From Candidatus Methanophagaceae archaeon (GTDB lineage Archaea > Halobacteriota > Syntropharchaeia > Alkanophagales > Methanospirareceae), in contig PQXB01000001.1 in the NCBI GenBank assembly GCA_003194425.1, forward strand, positions 460,444-492,443: a stretch of DNA of 32,000 bases, read 5' to 3'. The translations under genes were made by a program, and so were the position numbers. Shown here in pieces: positions 9,074 to 15,655 of the stretch (the stretch's first letter is position 1; the number at the start of each line of letters is the position of its first letter). The notes below the pieces were generated by a model that did not search any database, was not told where the DNA came from, and saw only the letters and a program-made list of their open reading frames with translations.

Positions 9074-9425
9074 GATGGATTTTGGTTTAAGAGGGAGGGA
9101 AAAAGAATTAATAAATTTTTCTCGTACTTTTTGAGAATTGTCGTAATTCGTATTAATTAAAAAAATAAGCACGCAGAGAGAAGCTTCTCCTTTTTGGAGG
9201 CTTGAAAAAAACCGAAAATCATTTTTAGAGGAGCGAAAAATGTACAAAACACAATGAAAAATCTAAAAATTAGAATGGAAAAATGGCGAAACGGGAAAGC
9301 GAAAGTAAGGGAGTGTGTAAGCAAAATTTCGGGAATTTCGTTTCGAGCGGAGCGGGGGGGGGGGTGAAAAAATTAATAAATTTTCTACCCTCTTCCTCGC
9401 GTTTCTTGTTGTAGCTGCAGCGGCG

Positions 9426-10658
9426 GTGCTGGTCGTGCCAGCGCAGGCGTACGTGGGGCAGGGCGAAGGAGGAGCGACGGTCGTTCTGTGGCATTTTAAC
9501 GAGGGAGCGGGAGATGGAACGAAGGATTTCTCTGGTCACTGCAATTCTGGGGAAATCACAGAAGCAAAGTGGACTGACGGCAAGTTCGGATCTGGGTTGT
9601 ATTTTGAAGAGAAGCAGGTAGTTGGCGCGAGAGATTCCAAGAGTTTCAGTCTGATCCCAAAGGCGAACCAAGTTACACTTGAAGCCTGGGTCTTCCCTGC
9701 GAAAGAAACCAAAGAAAGTCTGATAATTTTTAAAGACAAGGAGTACAAACTTGGTTTGGTAGAAAATCTCGTCTTCTTCCAAATCTGCTCCAAAGGCGAG
9801 TGGCAGAAGCCTCATGTCTGTGAGAAGAAGAAGTTAGACACGGAGCGGTGGCACCACGTGTCCGCGAGCTTTGACGGCAAGGTCACCAAAATCTTCGTTG
9901 ACGGCTGTCAGAATTACGAAAGTTACGAGGACACTGGAAAGCAAATAACCGATTCCAAAAGTCCTTTCTTCGTGGGCGGAGACGGTGAAGGTGGCTACGG
10001 TTGGGTTGGCAGGATTGACGAGGTTCGGGTCTTGTGCAGGGCACACTCTGCCTTCAACGGTGGCGTAGTTCTGAACGAGGTCTGCTGGAAGGACCCTAGT
10101 GACGGATCCCAGTGGATTGAACTTCACAATCACGGCGGTGTGGATGTCAATATTCGCGGCTGGCTCTTTTTGGATGACGAAGGAAATAAGCTTGCTAACT
10201 TTGTTGAGCAGGATAAAATCATCAGGGCAGGCACCTGGGAGGTTTTGTATAAAATAGAGAATCTTGAAGCTCAGGATTCCATCAGAGCCTACGACCTTGA
10301 TCCCGATAACGATGGTAGTGATGTTCTCGTAAAACCGAATTACGCCAACCTGGTGGACTTCGTCGCGTGGGGCGAGAAAGTAAGCTCTAAAGAATACAAC
10401 GATGGTGGAGACGATGCCGTGAGAGCCGGGTTCTGGACTGCGGGTGAGTATGTCAGGGTCAACACTGGTGCTGGTGACGATGATGTTTACCTGAAAGTGG
10501 ACGGGAACAACGACGAGGCGGTGGAGGACTGGAGCACGAGAGGAGAGCCAACTCCGGGTGCGCCAACTCCGGATGTCTCGGCGCTCGTGCTGTTCGCGAG
10601 CGGGCTGGTGTTTATTTTGGTGTATTTTGTCTGGAGGAAGACAGCCTCACAAGACTAA
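9426..10658 (+). CDS. secreted or surface protein with a LamG-like (concanavalin-type) domain, a lamin-tail domain and a C-terminal TM anchor
   Basis: The lamin-tail-like core is VVLNEV..QWIELHNHGGVDVNIRGWLFLDD. The C-terminus is PTPGAPTPDVSALVLFASGLVFILVYFVWRK (TM helix plus basic tail, sortase-type signal shape). The GTG at 9426 is the track start. A signal peptide is encoded upstream in the same frame from about 9372 (see findings). Confidence 0.7.
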   Translation: MLVVPAQAYVGQGEGGATVVLWHFNEGAGDGTKDFSGHCNSGEITEAKWTDGKFGSGLYFEEKQVVGARDSKSFSLIPKANQVTLEAWVFPAKETKESLIIFKDKEYKLGLVENLVFFQICSKGEWQKPHVCEKKKLDTERWHHVSASFDGKVTKIFVDGCQNYESYEDTGKQITDSKSPFFVGGDGEGGYGWVGRIDEVRVLCRAHSAFNGGVVLNEVCWKDPSDGSQWIELHNHGGVDVNIRGWLFLDDEGNKLANFVEQDKIIRAGTWEVLYKIENLEAQDSIRAYDLDPDNDGSDVLVKPNYANLVDFVAWGEKVSSKEYNDGGDDAVRAGFWTAGEYVRVNTGAGDDDVYLKVDGNNDEAVEDWSTRGEPTPGAPTPDVSALVLFASGLVFILVYFVWRKTASQD

Positions 10659-10716
10659 CTGCCCTCACAAGACTAACTGCCCTCACAAGACTAACTGCCC
10701 TCACAAGACTAACTGC
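10645..10716. repeat. 4 x 18 bp perfect tandem repeat (cctcacaagactaactgc) spanning two convergent gene ends
   Basis: Unit 1 holds the TAA of the LamG gene (10656-58). Unit 4 holds the TGA of pit (10701-03, minus strand). Confidence 0.95.
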
Positions 10717-11720
10717 ACGAGCCGAAACGCAGCACCGCCGATTACCGCCGAGAGCGGAATCGTAATCACCCACGCAGTAACCATTTTCCAGACCTCGAGC
10801 CACCGAATCCGCTGAACGCCCTGAAAGAACGACCCGCCGATCACCGCCGAGCCGACCACGTGCGTCGTGCTAACCGGCATTCCCGCAAGGCTCGCCCCGA
10901 CCACCGCAACTGCAGCGCCGGTTTCAGCAGAGAACCCGTGCCGTGGCTCCAACTTCGTTAAACGCCAGCCCATCGTTTTCATCACCCGCCAGCCCAGAAA
11001 GAAAGTCCCAAGTCCCATCATCAACCCGCAAGCCAACTTCACCCACAAAGGCACCTCAAAGACCGAAATGAACCCGCCTGCGAGGAGTGCCATCGTTATC
11101 ACGCCCATCGCGTTCTGTGCGTCGTTCATTCCGTGGCTGAACGCCATAAAAGAGGCAGAAGCGATTTGCAGCCGCCTAAACACGCCCTCACTCTTGAACG
11201 ACGGCGTGCCCTTGAAGAACAGAAACAAGACCCAACTCGCGAGCGACAAGAGCACCGCCCCCGCCACGAACCCCACGAGAGGACCCAGCACGACGGCGAG
11301 GAAGACCTTGTCGGTGAGGACTGCCCAATTAATTATTTCTGCACCGCCCGCAGCCAGCCCAGCGCCGAGAAGCCCGCCGACTAAAGCGTGGCTCACGCTA
11401 ATCGGAATTCCGAACGCGGTGCAGACAAAGACCCAGACGACCGCTCCAGCGACGCCTCCTGCGACGAGGGCGAGCATTAGCGCTTCGGGAAGCCCAGGCA
11501 GGACAATTCCTTTCCCAATCGTCTCCGCCACCCTTGTAGAGACGCAGGCGCCCACGAGGTTGAAGACGCTCGCAAGCAGCAACGCCTGCAGCGGTGTCAG
11601 TGCTTTCGTCGCAGTTACCGTCGCAATTGAATTCGCCCTGTCGTTCGCACCGTTCAAAAAATCGTAGAGCAGCGCGAGAGCCACAATTAGAAGAACAAAC
11701 CCCAACGCCGAGCCCGTCAT
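10701..11720 (-). CDS. pitA: inorganic phosphate transporter, PiT family
   Basis: Two PiT signature motifs are present (DFLNGANDRANS and HGMNDAQNAMG). The protein is polytopic and glycine-rich. Confidence 0.9.
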   Translation of the reverse strand: MTGSALGFVLLIVALALLYDFLNGANDRANSIATVTATKALTPLQALLLASVFNLVGACVSTRVAETIGKGIVLPGLPEALMLALVAGGVAGAVVWVFVCTAFGIPISVSHALVGGLLGAGLAAGGAEIINWAVLTDKVFLAVVLGPLVGFVAGAVLLSLASWVLFLFFKGTPSFKSEGVFRRLQIASASFMAFSHGMNDAQNAMGVITMALLAGGFISVFEVPLWVKLACGLMMGLGTFFLGWRVMKTMGWRLTKLEPRHGFSAETGAAVAVVGASLAGMPVSTTHVVGSAVIGGSFFQGVQRIRWLEVWKMVTAWVITIPLSAVIGGAAFRLVQLVL

Positions 11721-11768
11721 TTCTCTGCCCCGTCCTGTCCTTCATTCATTTCAAGTCCTTCTCTCCTT

Positions 11769-12506
11769 TCAAATCCCGCCCTTCAGCCTGAAAGTCTCCA
11801 AAATATTCGCCACATCCTCGCACTGGTCCATCGTGTCCTCCAAAATGTCCACGATTTCTTTCAGCACCATTCTCTCAAGCACCTCGTTCGGGTCCGCCAC
11901 GGGTGCTGTCATCAAAATCCGCAGCCACTTGCGGTTGGTTTTGTCCGCCTCGTTCTCTAACTCGTTTATTCTGATGTAGCACCGCTCTAAAGTCGCACCC
12001 TCGCATTTCAGGTCTCTCAAGCAGCCCACTGCGGTTTTTATCTCCTGCGACGCCTCCAAAATAATCGGCGAAAATTCGCTCACTAATTTTGGAAGCTCTC
12101 CTGACTTTCCTGACTCGCCTGCCTGCGACTGCAAGTGAGCGAAGGTCAGCCTGCTCATCGCTTTTGTCACCCCGTCGATCACATTGTCCAAGTTGTGAGC
12201 GAAGTAGCGAATGTCGCCCTTCTCCTCCGTGACTCGCGTGTGGTCGTAGAACAGCCCCTGCAGGATTTGGTGAACGACCGAGTCCGCTTCGTCCTCCAGT
12301 CTTTCAAGTCGCTCGCTGGTCTGCGAAACTTTTGAGTAGTTCGTTCCAAGCCCGACTAACAGCCCCGCTGCCTCTACCGCCTTCCCTGCAAGGTCTTCAA
12401 AGAGGACAAAAAACTTCTTCTCGTGAGGCAGAAACGCGGACATTCTCTGCAAAACCGAATTTCCGTTTACGGCTCTCCCCTTCCGCTCTTTTTTCACGGT
12501 TTTCAT
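11769..12506 (-). CDS. DUF47/PhoU-like Pit accessory protein
   Basis: It lies immediately upstream of pit on the same strand. The helical protein has the FFxLFEDxAxKxVEA N-terminal signature typical of the COG1392 family. An alternative start is the ATG at 12443. Confidence 0.75.
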   Translation of the reverse strand: MKTVKKERKGRAVNGNSVLQRMSAFLPHEKKFFVLFEDLAGKAVEAAGLLVGLGTNYSKVSQTSERLERLEDEADSVVHQILQGLFYDHTRVTEEKGDIRYFAHNLDNVIDGVTKAMSRLTFAHLQSQAGESGKSGELPKLVSEFSPIILEASQEIKTAVGCLRDLKCEGATLERCYIRINELENEADKTNRKWLRILMTAPVADPNEVLERMVLKEIVDILEDTMDQCEDVANILETFRLKGGI

Positions 12507-12530
12507 CTTGGCTGTAGAAAATGGAGAGAG

Positions 12531-12540
12531 TATTTAAATT
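12531..12540 (-). promoter_or_regulatory. candidate TATA box for the DUF47-pit operon
   Basis: The minus strand reads aatttaaata, centred about 29 nt upstream of the ATG at 12506. This is consistent with a leaderless or short-leader archaeal transcript. Confidence 0.3.
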
Positions 12541-12637
12541 TTTCTAATTTTTCATATAAAACACGAAAAATATATAAATGTGTGTTGCAGGTGTCGTAGG
12601 AGGGTAGCGAAAAAGTTTGGTTATAAATTTAATTAAA

Positions 12638-13918
12638 TCAAACAGCAGCCCCGCAAATCTCCTTTATCTTCGCCTCCGCCTCTCTCGGACCCCGCAGAAT
12701 CAGGAGGTCGCCAGCTTTCAGCACTGCGTCGCCAGCCGGGTTGTAGATCCACTTGCCCCTGCCCTCGGCTCTGCGAATTGCGAGCACGAACATTCCTGTC
12801 CGCGTCTCCAAATTCAACTCCTTCAGCGTCTTCCCAAACAGCCCCTCGTTCCTCGCCTCCAACTTCAAAATCACCTCGTCCGACTCTTTAATCGACGCCG
12901 AGAAGACAGGGTGCAGCCGAATTTCCCGAAGCACTACATCCGCAATCTCGTACGCAGCGTCCGAAATTATCTCCGAAGAAATCGCAACGTGCAGCAAGCC
13001 CCGAAGCTCGCCAAAATTGCTCCTCTCCGCTCCCGCCCCCTCTCTTCCCTCGGTTACTCCTCTCGTTACTCCCCCTGCCGCCTCCAGCACTGCGACCTCC
13101 AACTCCTCCTTCATCCCGTCCATCGCCTCTTCCAACTCTTTCACCTCCTCCGCAATCTCCCTGCTCTCAAACATCACCGCCGAGTAGGAAAGCCCAACCA
13201 TCAACTCGGACACATTTTTCATCTCCGCGATGAGGTCCGCAATCTCTTCTGACACCCTTCTCCTTTTTAGGCGCCCCTCCTCTCTCTTTCTCTCGCTCTC
13301 ATACTTCTCGCAGGTCGCTAACTTGCAGAAGACTGGAATTCCCTCGGTCGGACCCGACGAAATGACCAAGTCGCCTTCCCGCAGTCGCTCGTTCTCCTCC
13401 GGCGAATACAGCCACTCAGAACCCCTTTTTATCGCCAGTACGCTCATTCCGGTCTCGGTCTCGAGCTGCAAGTCCTTCAGCGTCCGATCCTTCAAGACCG
13501 ACGCAGGCGTTATCCTCACATTTATCACAGCCTCCTCAAAATCCTCACGGTCGAGGTAGCGAGTAATGTCCACCGACTCTGCTATTTTCGCGATGTCGCC
13601 CGCGGCGTTTGAAATCTTCTCCGCCGCACCAGCCATTTGCAGCACCGCCGAGAACGCAACCGCGTCCTCCAAGTTCCTCGCACCCAGCATTATCGCAATC
13701 CGCACCTTGTACAAGAGCGAGTGCATCCGCTCCTCCAACTTGAAGACCTCCTTCGCAATCTCGGGGTTGCTGTACAGAACCGCGGAGTAAGCCAAGTCTA
13801 ACATCGAGTCCGACAAATCTTTCATCTCCACGAGCACCCCCTTCACGCTAAACGCCCCCGTCTCTAACCCCGTCTCTGACATTCCCCTCCTTTCCTCTTT
13901 TTTCTTTCTCTTTTTCAA
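12638..13918 (-). CDS. PhoU-like plus TrkA-C domain protein with a two-fold internal repeat (COG3273-type)
   Basis: There are two units of a helical PhoU-like segment (MLDLAYSAVLYSN.. / LMVGLSYSAVMFES..). Each is followed by a TrkA-C-like segment (LKDLQLETETGMSVLAIKRG.. / LKELNLETRTGMFVLAIRRA..). The probable true start is the ATG at 13882, preceded by aggagggga. Confidence 0.75.
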   Translation of the reverse strand: MKKRKKKEERRGMSETGLETGAFSVKGVLVEMKDLSDSMLDLAYSAVLYSNPEIAKEVFKLEERMHSLLYKVRIAIMLGARNLEDAVAFSAVLQMAGAAEKISNAAGDIAKIAESVDITRYLDREDFEEAVINVRITPASVLKDRTLKDLQLETETGMSVLAIKRGSEWLYSPEENERLREGDLVISSGPTEGIPVFCKLATCEKYESERKREEGRLKRRRVSEEIADLIAEMKNVSELMVGLSYSAVMFESREIAEEVKELEEAMDGMKEELEVAVLEAAGGVTRGVTEGREGAGAERSNFGELRGLLHVAISSEIISDAAYEIADVVLREIRLHPVFSASIKESDEVILKLEARNEGLFGKTLKELNLETRTGMFVLAIRRAEGRGKWIYNPAGDAVLKAGDLLILRGPREAEAKIKEICGAAV

Positions 13919-13957
13919 AGAAAAGTTCCTTTAGTTTCTTTTCAATGAAAGGTTTAT

Positions 13958-14929
13958 TTACAGCCGAACCAAAGCCCCGGCTACAAACGCAACCAACCCC
14001 GCAGCAACCGCCACTAAAGTCTCCTTCCTCAACTGCTTCTCCTCTCTTCCAAAGAACAGTCTGAAACTCGCGTGCACAAACAACGCGTCCGCAACCAAAA
14101 TAGGCAGCAAGTAAGCGGGATTTAAAAAGTAGGAAGTGTCTGTCAAGAAGAAAGGAACTGCACTCAGCAGAACCGCGGCGGAATAAGAGAAGACAACGAC
14201 CTGCTTCGCCCTCTCCAACCCGTAGACCCTCGCGAGACTCCTAACACCCCGCAGAGCGTCCCCTTTTGCGTCTTCAATGTCTTTCATCACTTCACGCCCG
14301 AAGCCTGCAGAGAACGCGATTGAAGAGAGGACGAGCAGCGCCACCTCCTCCCCCGCTCCCGTCCCTGCTCCTGCTCCCGCCCCTACTCCTGCTCCCGCCC
14401 CTGTCCCCACCGCTGCCCCCACCGCTGCCTCCACCGCTGCCCTCACCGCTGTCCCCACCGCCGTCGGCTCTGCGATCAGACCGCCAAAGACGAACGGCAC
14501 CGCCATCGTGAACGCGATGTAAATGTTGCTCACTGCCAGCACCTCCTTCAACTTCACGTCGTAAAGAACGCCCAGAACCGCCAACACCGACGCAAGCAGG
14601 AACAGAACCCAGCCCAGAAAAGAGGCAAAGAAAAGCCCAACCACCACCGCAACGCACGCAACCAGCAAAGCCTCCTCCTTTTTTAACTCCCCCCGAACCA
14701 GCGGTCGGTCTCTCCTCTGGTTTGCAATGTCTGACTCCAAGTCGTAAAAGTCGTTCAGTGCGAAGGTGCCGGCTTGCAGAAAGACCGCGGTCAGGAAGCC
14801 GAAGACCGCCGACTTGTAGGAACAAGAACAAGCACTCCCTCCCGCGACGATTATTCCAATTAACACCCCGCAGCCGTACATCAAGCCGTGCTCTGCTCTC
14901 GTCAGTTCCCAGACAGCTTTTAATTTTAT
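13958..14929 (-). CDS. UbiA-family prenyltransferase (possibly a DGGGP-synthase-like enzyme)
   Basis: It has the LNDFYDLESDIANQRRDRP Asp-rich motif and is polytopic. The track start is the TTG at 14884, but the conserved N-terminal helix (KLKAVWELTRAEHGLM) is encoded upstream. An ATA at 14929 sits 7 nt after a GGAGGT. Confidence 0.75.
   Translation of the reverse strand: MKLKAVWELTRAEHGLMYGCGVLIGIIVAGGSACSCSYKSAVFGFLTAVFLQAGTFALNDFYDLESDIANQRRDRPLVRGELKKEEALLVACVAVVVGLFFASFLGWVLFLLASVLAVLGVLYDVKLKEVLAVSNIYIAFTMAVPFVFGGLIAEPTAVGTAVRAAVEAAVGAAVGTGAGAGVGAGAGAGTGAGEEVALLVLSSIAFSAGFGREVMKDIEDAKGDALRGVRSLARVYGLERAKQVVVFSYSAAVLLSAVPFFLTDTSYFLNPAYLLPILVADALFVHASFRLFFGREEKQLRKETLVAVAAGLVAFVAGALVRL
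14368..14462. repeat. adjacent in-frame repeats (2 x 18 bp, then about 4.5 x 12 bp) inside the UbiA gene
   Basis: ctcctgctcccgccccta x2 is followed by accgctgccccc-type units. They encode the loop AVGTAVRAAVEAAVGAAVGTGAGAGVGAGAGAGTGAG. Confidence 0.9.
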
Positions 14930-14947
14930 TTTCTTTACCTCCTTTGA

Positions 14948-15043
14948 TTATTCTTTCTCTAACGCTTTAAAATAACCCCTCAACATCTGCTCTACTTTTT
15001 TCATACAATCTCGGTCCACCTCTCCGCACAAGGTGAGCTCCAT
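14948..15043 (-). CDS. 31-codon ORF, probably the severed 3' part of the upstream ORF
   Basis: An ATG with GAGGT lies 5 nt upstream. It comes into frame with 15067..15351 once one copy of the 23-bp duplication is removed. Confidence 0.3.
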   Translation of the reverse strand: MELTLCGEVDRDCMKKVEQMLRGYFKALEKE

Positions 15044-15057
15044 TTTCAACCTCTTAA

Positions 15058-15103
15058 CAGATAGTCTCAAACTGGAACTTCAGATAGTCTCAAACTGGAA
15101 CTT
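15058..15103. repeat. 2 x 23 bp perfect tandem duplication (cagatagtctcaaactggaactt)
   Basis: Read directly. It straddles the stop of ORF 15067..15351. Confidence 0.95.
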
Positions 15104-15351
15104 TCTCTCAAAAACGCTTTAATCTCTTTTCCTATTGTGCCGTAAATTACGGCTAAATTCGCACCTCCGACCCCAACAGAAGCAATTAACGCACTCAAAT
15201 CCGAGCGAATTACAGAGACAAAAGCAGCTACTGCCAACACCACAGGAGAGACTAAAGAGACAAGGAAAATCCGCCTCTCTGATTTTAACGCATCTTTAAT
15301 AGCGCCCTCGTACATTAAAATCGCTTTCTCTATTCGCTCTCGCTTATTCAT
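15067..15351 (-). CDS. hypothetical small membrane protein (about 2 TM helices)
   Basis: 94-aa ORF with hydrophobic segments (FLVSLVSPVVLAVAAFVSV and LIASVGVGGANLAVIYG). The C-terminus and stop codon lie inside a 23-bp tandem duplication. Confidence 0.45.
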   Translation of the reverse strand: MNKRERIEKAILMYEGAIKDALKSERRIFLVSLVSPVVLAVAAFVSVIRSDLSALIASVGVGGANLAVIYGTIGKEIKAFLRESSSLRLSEVPV

Positions 15352-15370
15352 TCTTTCCTTCGCTCAACCT

Positions 15371-15508
15371 TTATCCCTCCCCGCTCAGCACTTTAAGTAT
15401 CTCTTCCTTTTTGTCTAAAATCTTCTTAGAGGTCTCCGCACTCACATTCTCCCGGATTTCTATTTCAATGCAACTTCTCTTTTCCTTCTTTCGTCCTTTT
15501 TTGTCCAT
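15371..15508 (-). CDS. 45-codon ORF below the track cutoff (MDKKGRKKEKRSCIEIEIRENVSAETSKKILDKKEEILKVLSGEG)
   Basis: Hand-translated from the minus strand, running ATG to TAA. It is co-oriented with the downstream small ORFs and the UbiA gene. No family was recognised. Confidence 0.25.
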   Translation of the reverse strand: MDKKGRKKEKRSCIEIEIRENVSAETSKKILDKKEEILKVLSGEG

Positions 15509-15535
15509 TTTTTCCCGACACCCCTCGCCTCTCGC

Positions 15536-15614
15536 CTCCAAAATCCTTCTTACCTCCCTCCAAAATCCTTCTTACCTCCCTCCAAAATCTTACCTCCCTC
15601 CAAAATCCTTCTTA
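15536..15614. repeat. about 3.6 x 22 bp tandem repeat (ctccaaaatccttcttacctcc) in the region between the 45-codon ORF and mutL
   Basis: Two perfect units, one unit with a 4-nt deletion, and one partial unit. Confidence 0.9.
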
Positions 15615-15623
15615 GCTTCAAGC

Positions 15624-15632
15624 ATATAAAAA
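15624..15632 (+). promoter_or_regulatory. candidate TATA box for mutL
   Basis: atataaaaa is centred about 28 nt upstream of the ATG at 15656. Confidence 0.35.
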
Positions 15633-15655
15633 ACTACACAAAAACAAAAAAGTTT

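Noticed and set aside
9270-9815. 181-aa minus-strand ORF overlapping the 5' part of the LamG/LTD gene and the G11 tract.
   Set aside because: It has no recognisable domain and is antisense to a gene with clear domain signatures. It is most likely spurious.
10645-10716. Possible CRISPR array (perfect 18-bp direct repeats). The 21-22 bp arrays at 15536-15614 and 19331-19393 raised the same question.
   Set aside because: The units are directly abutting with no spacers, are shorter than typical CRISPR repeats, and no cas genes are present. They are tandem repeats.
15411-15629. 72-aa plus-strand ORF (..LQNPSYLPPKSYLPPKSF..) upstream of mutL.
   Set aside because: Its C-terminal half is just the translation of the 22-bp tandem repeat, and it is low complexity. 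The opposite strand carries a more plausible small ORF.
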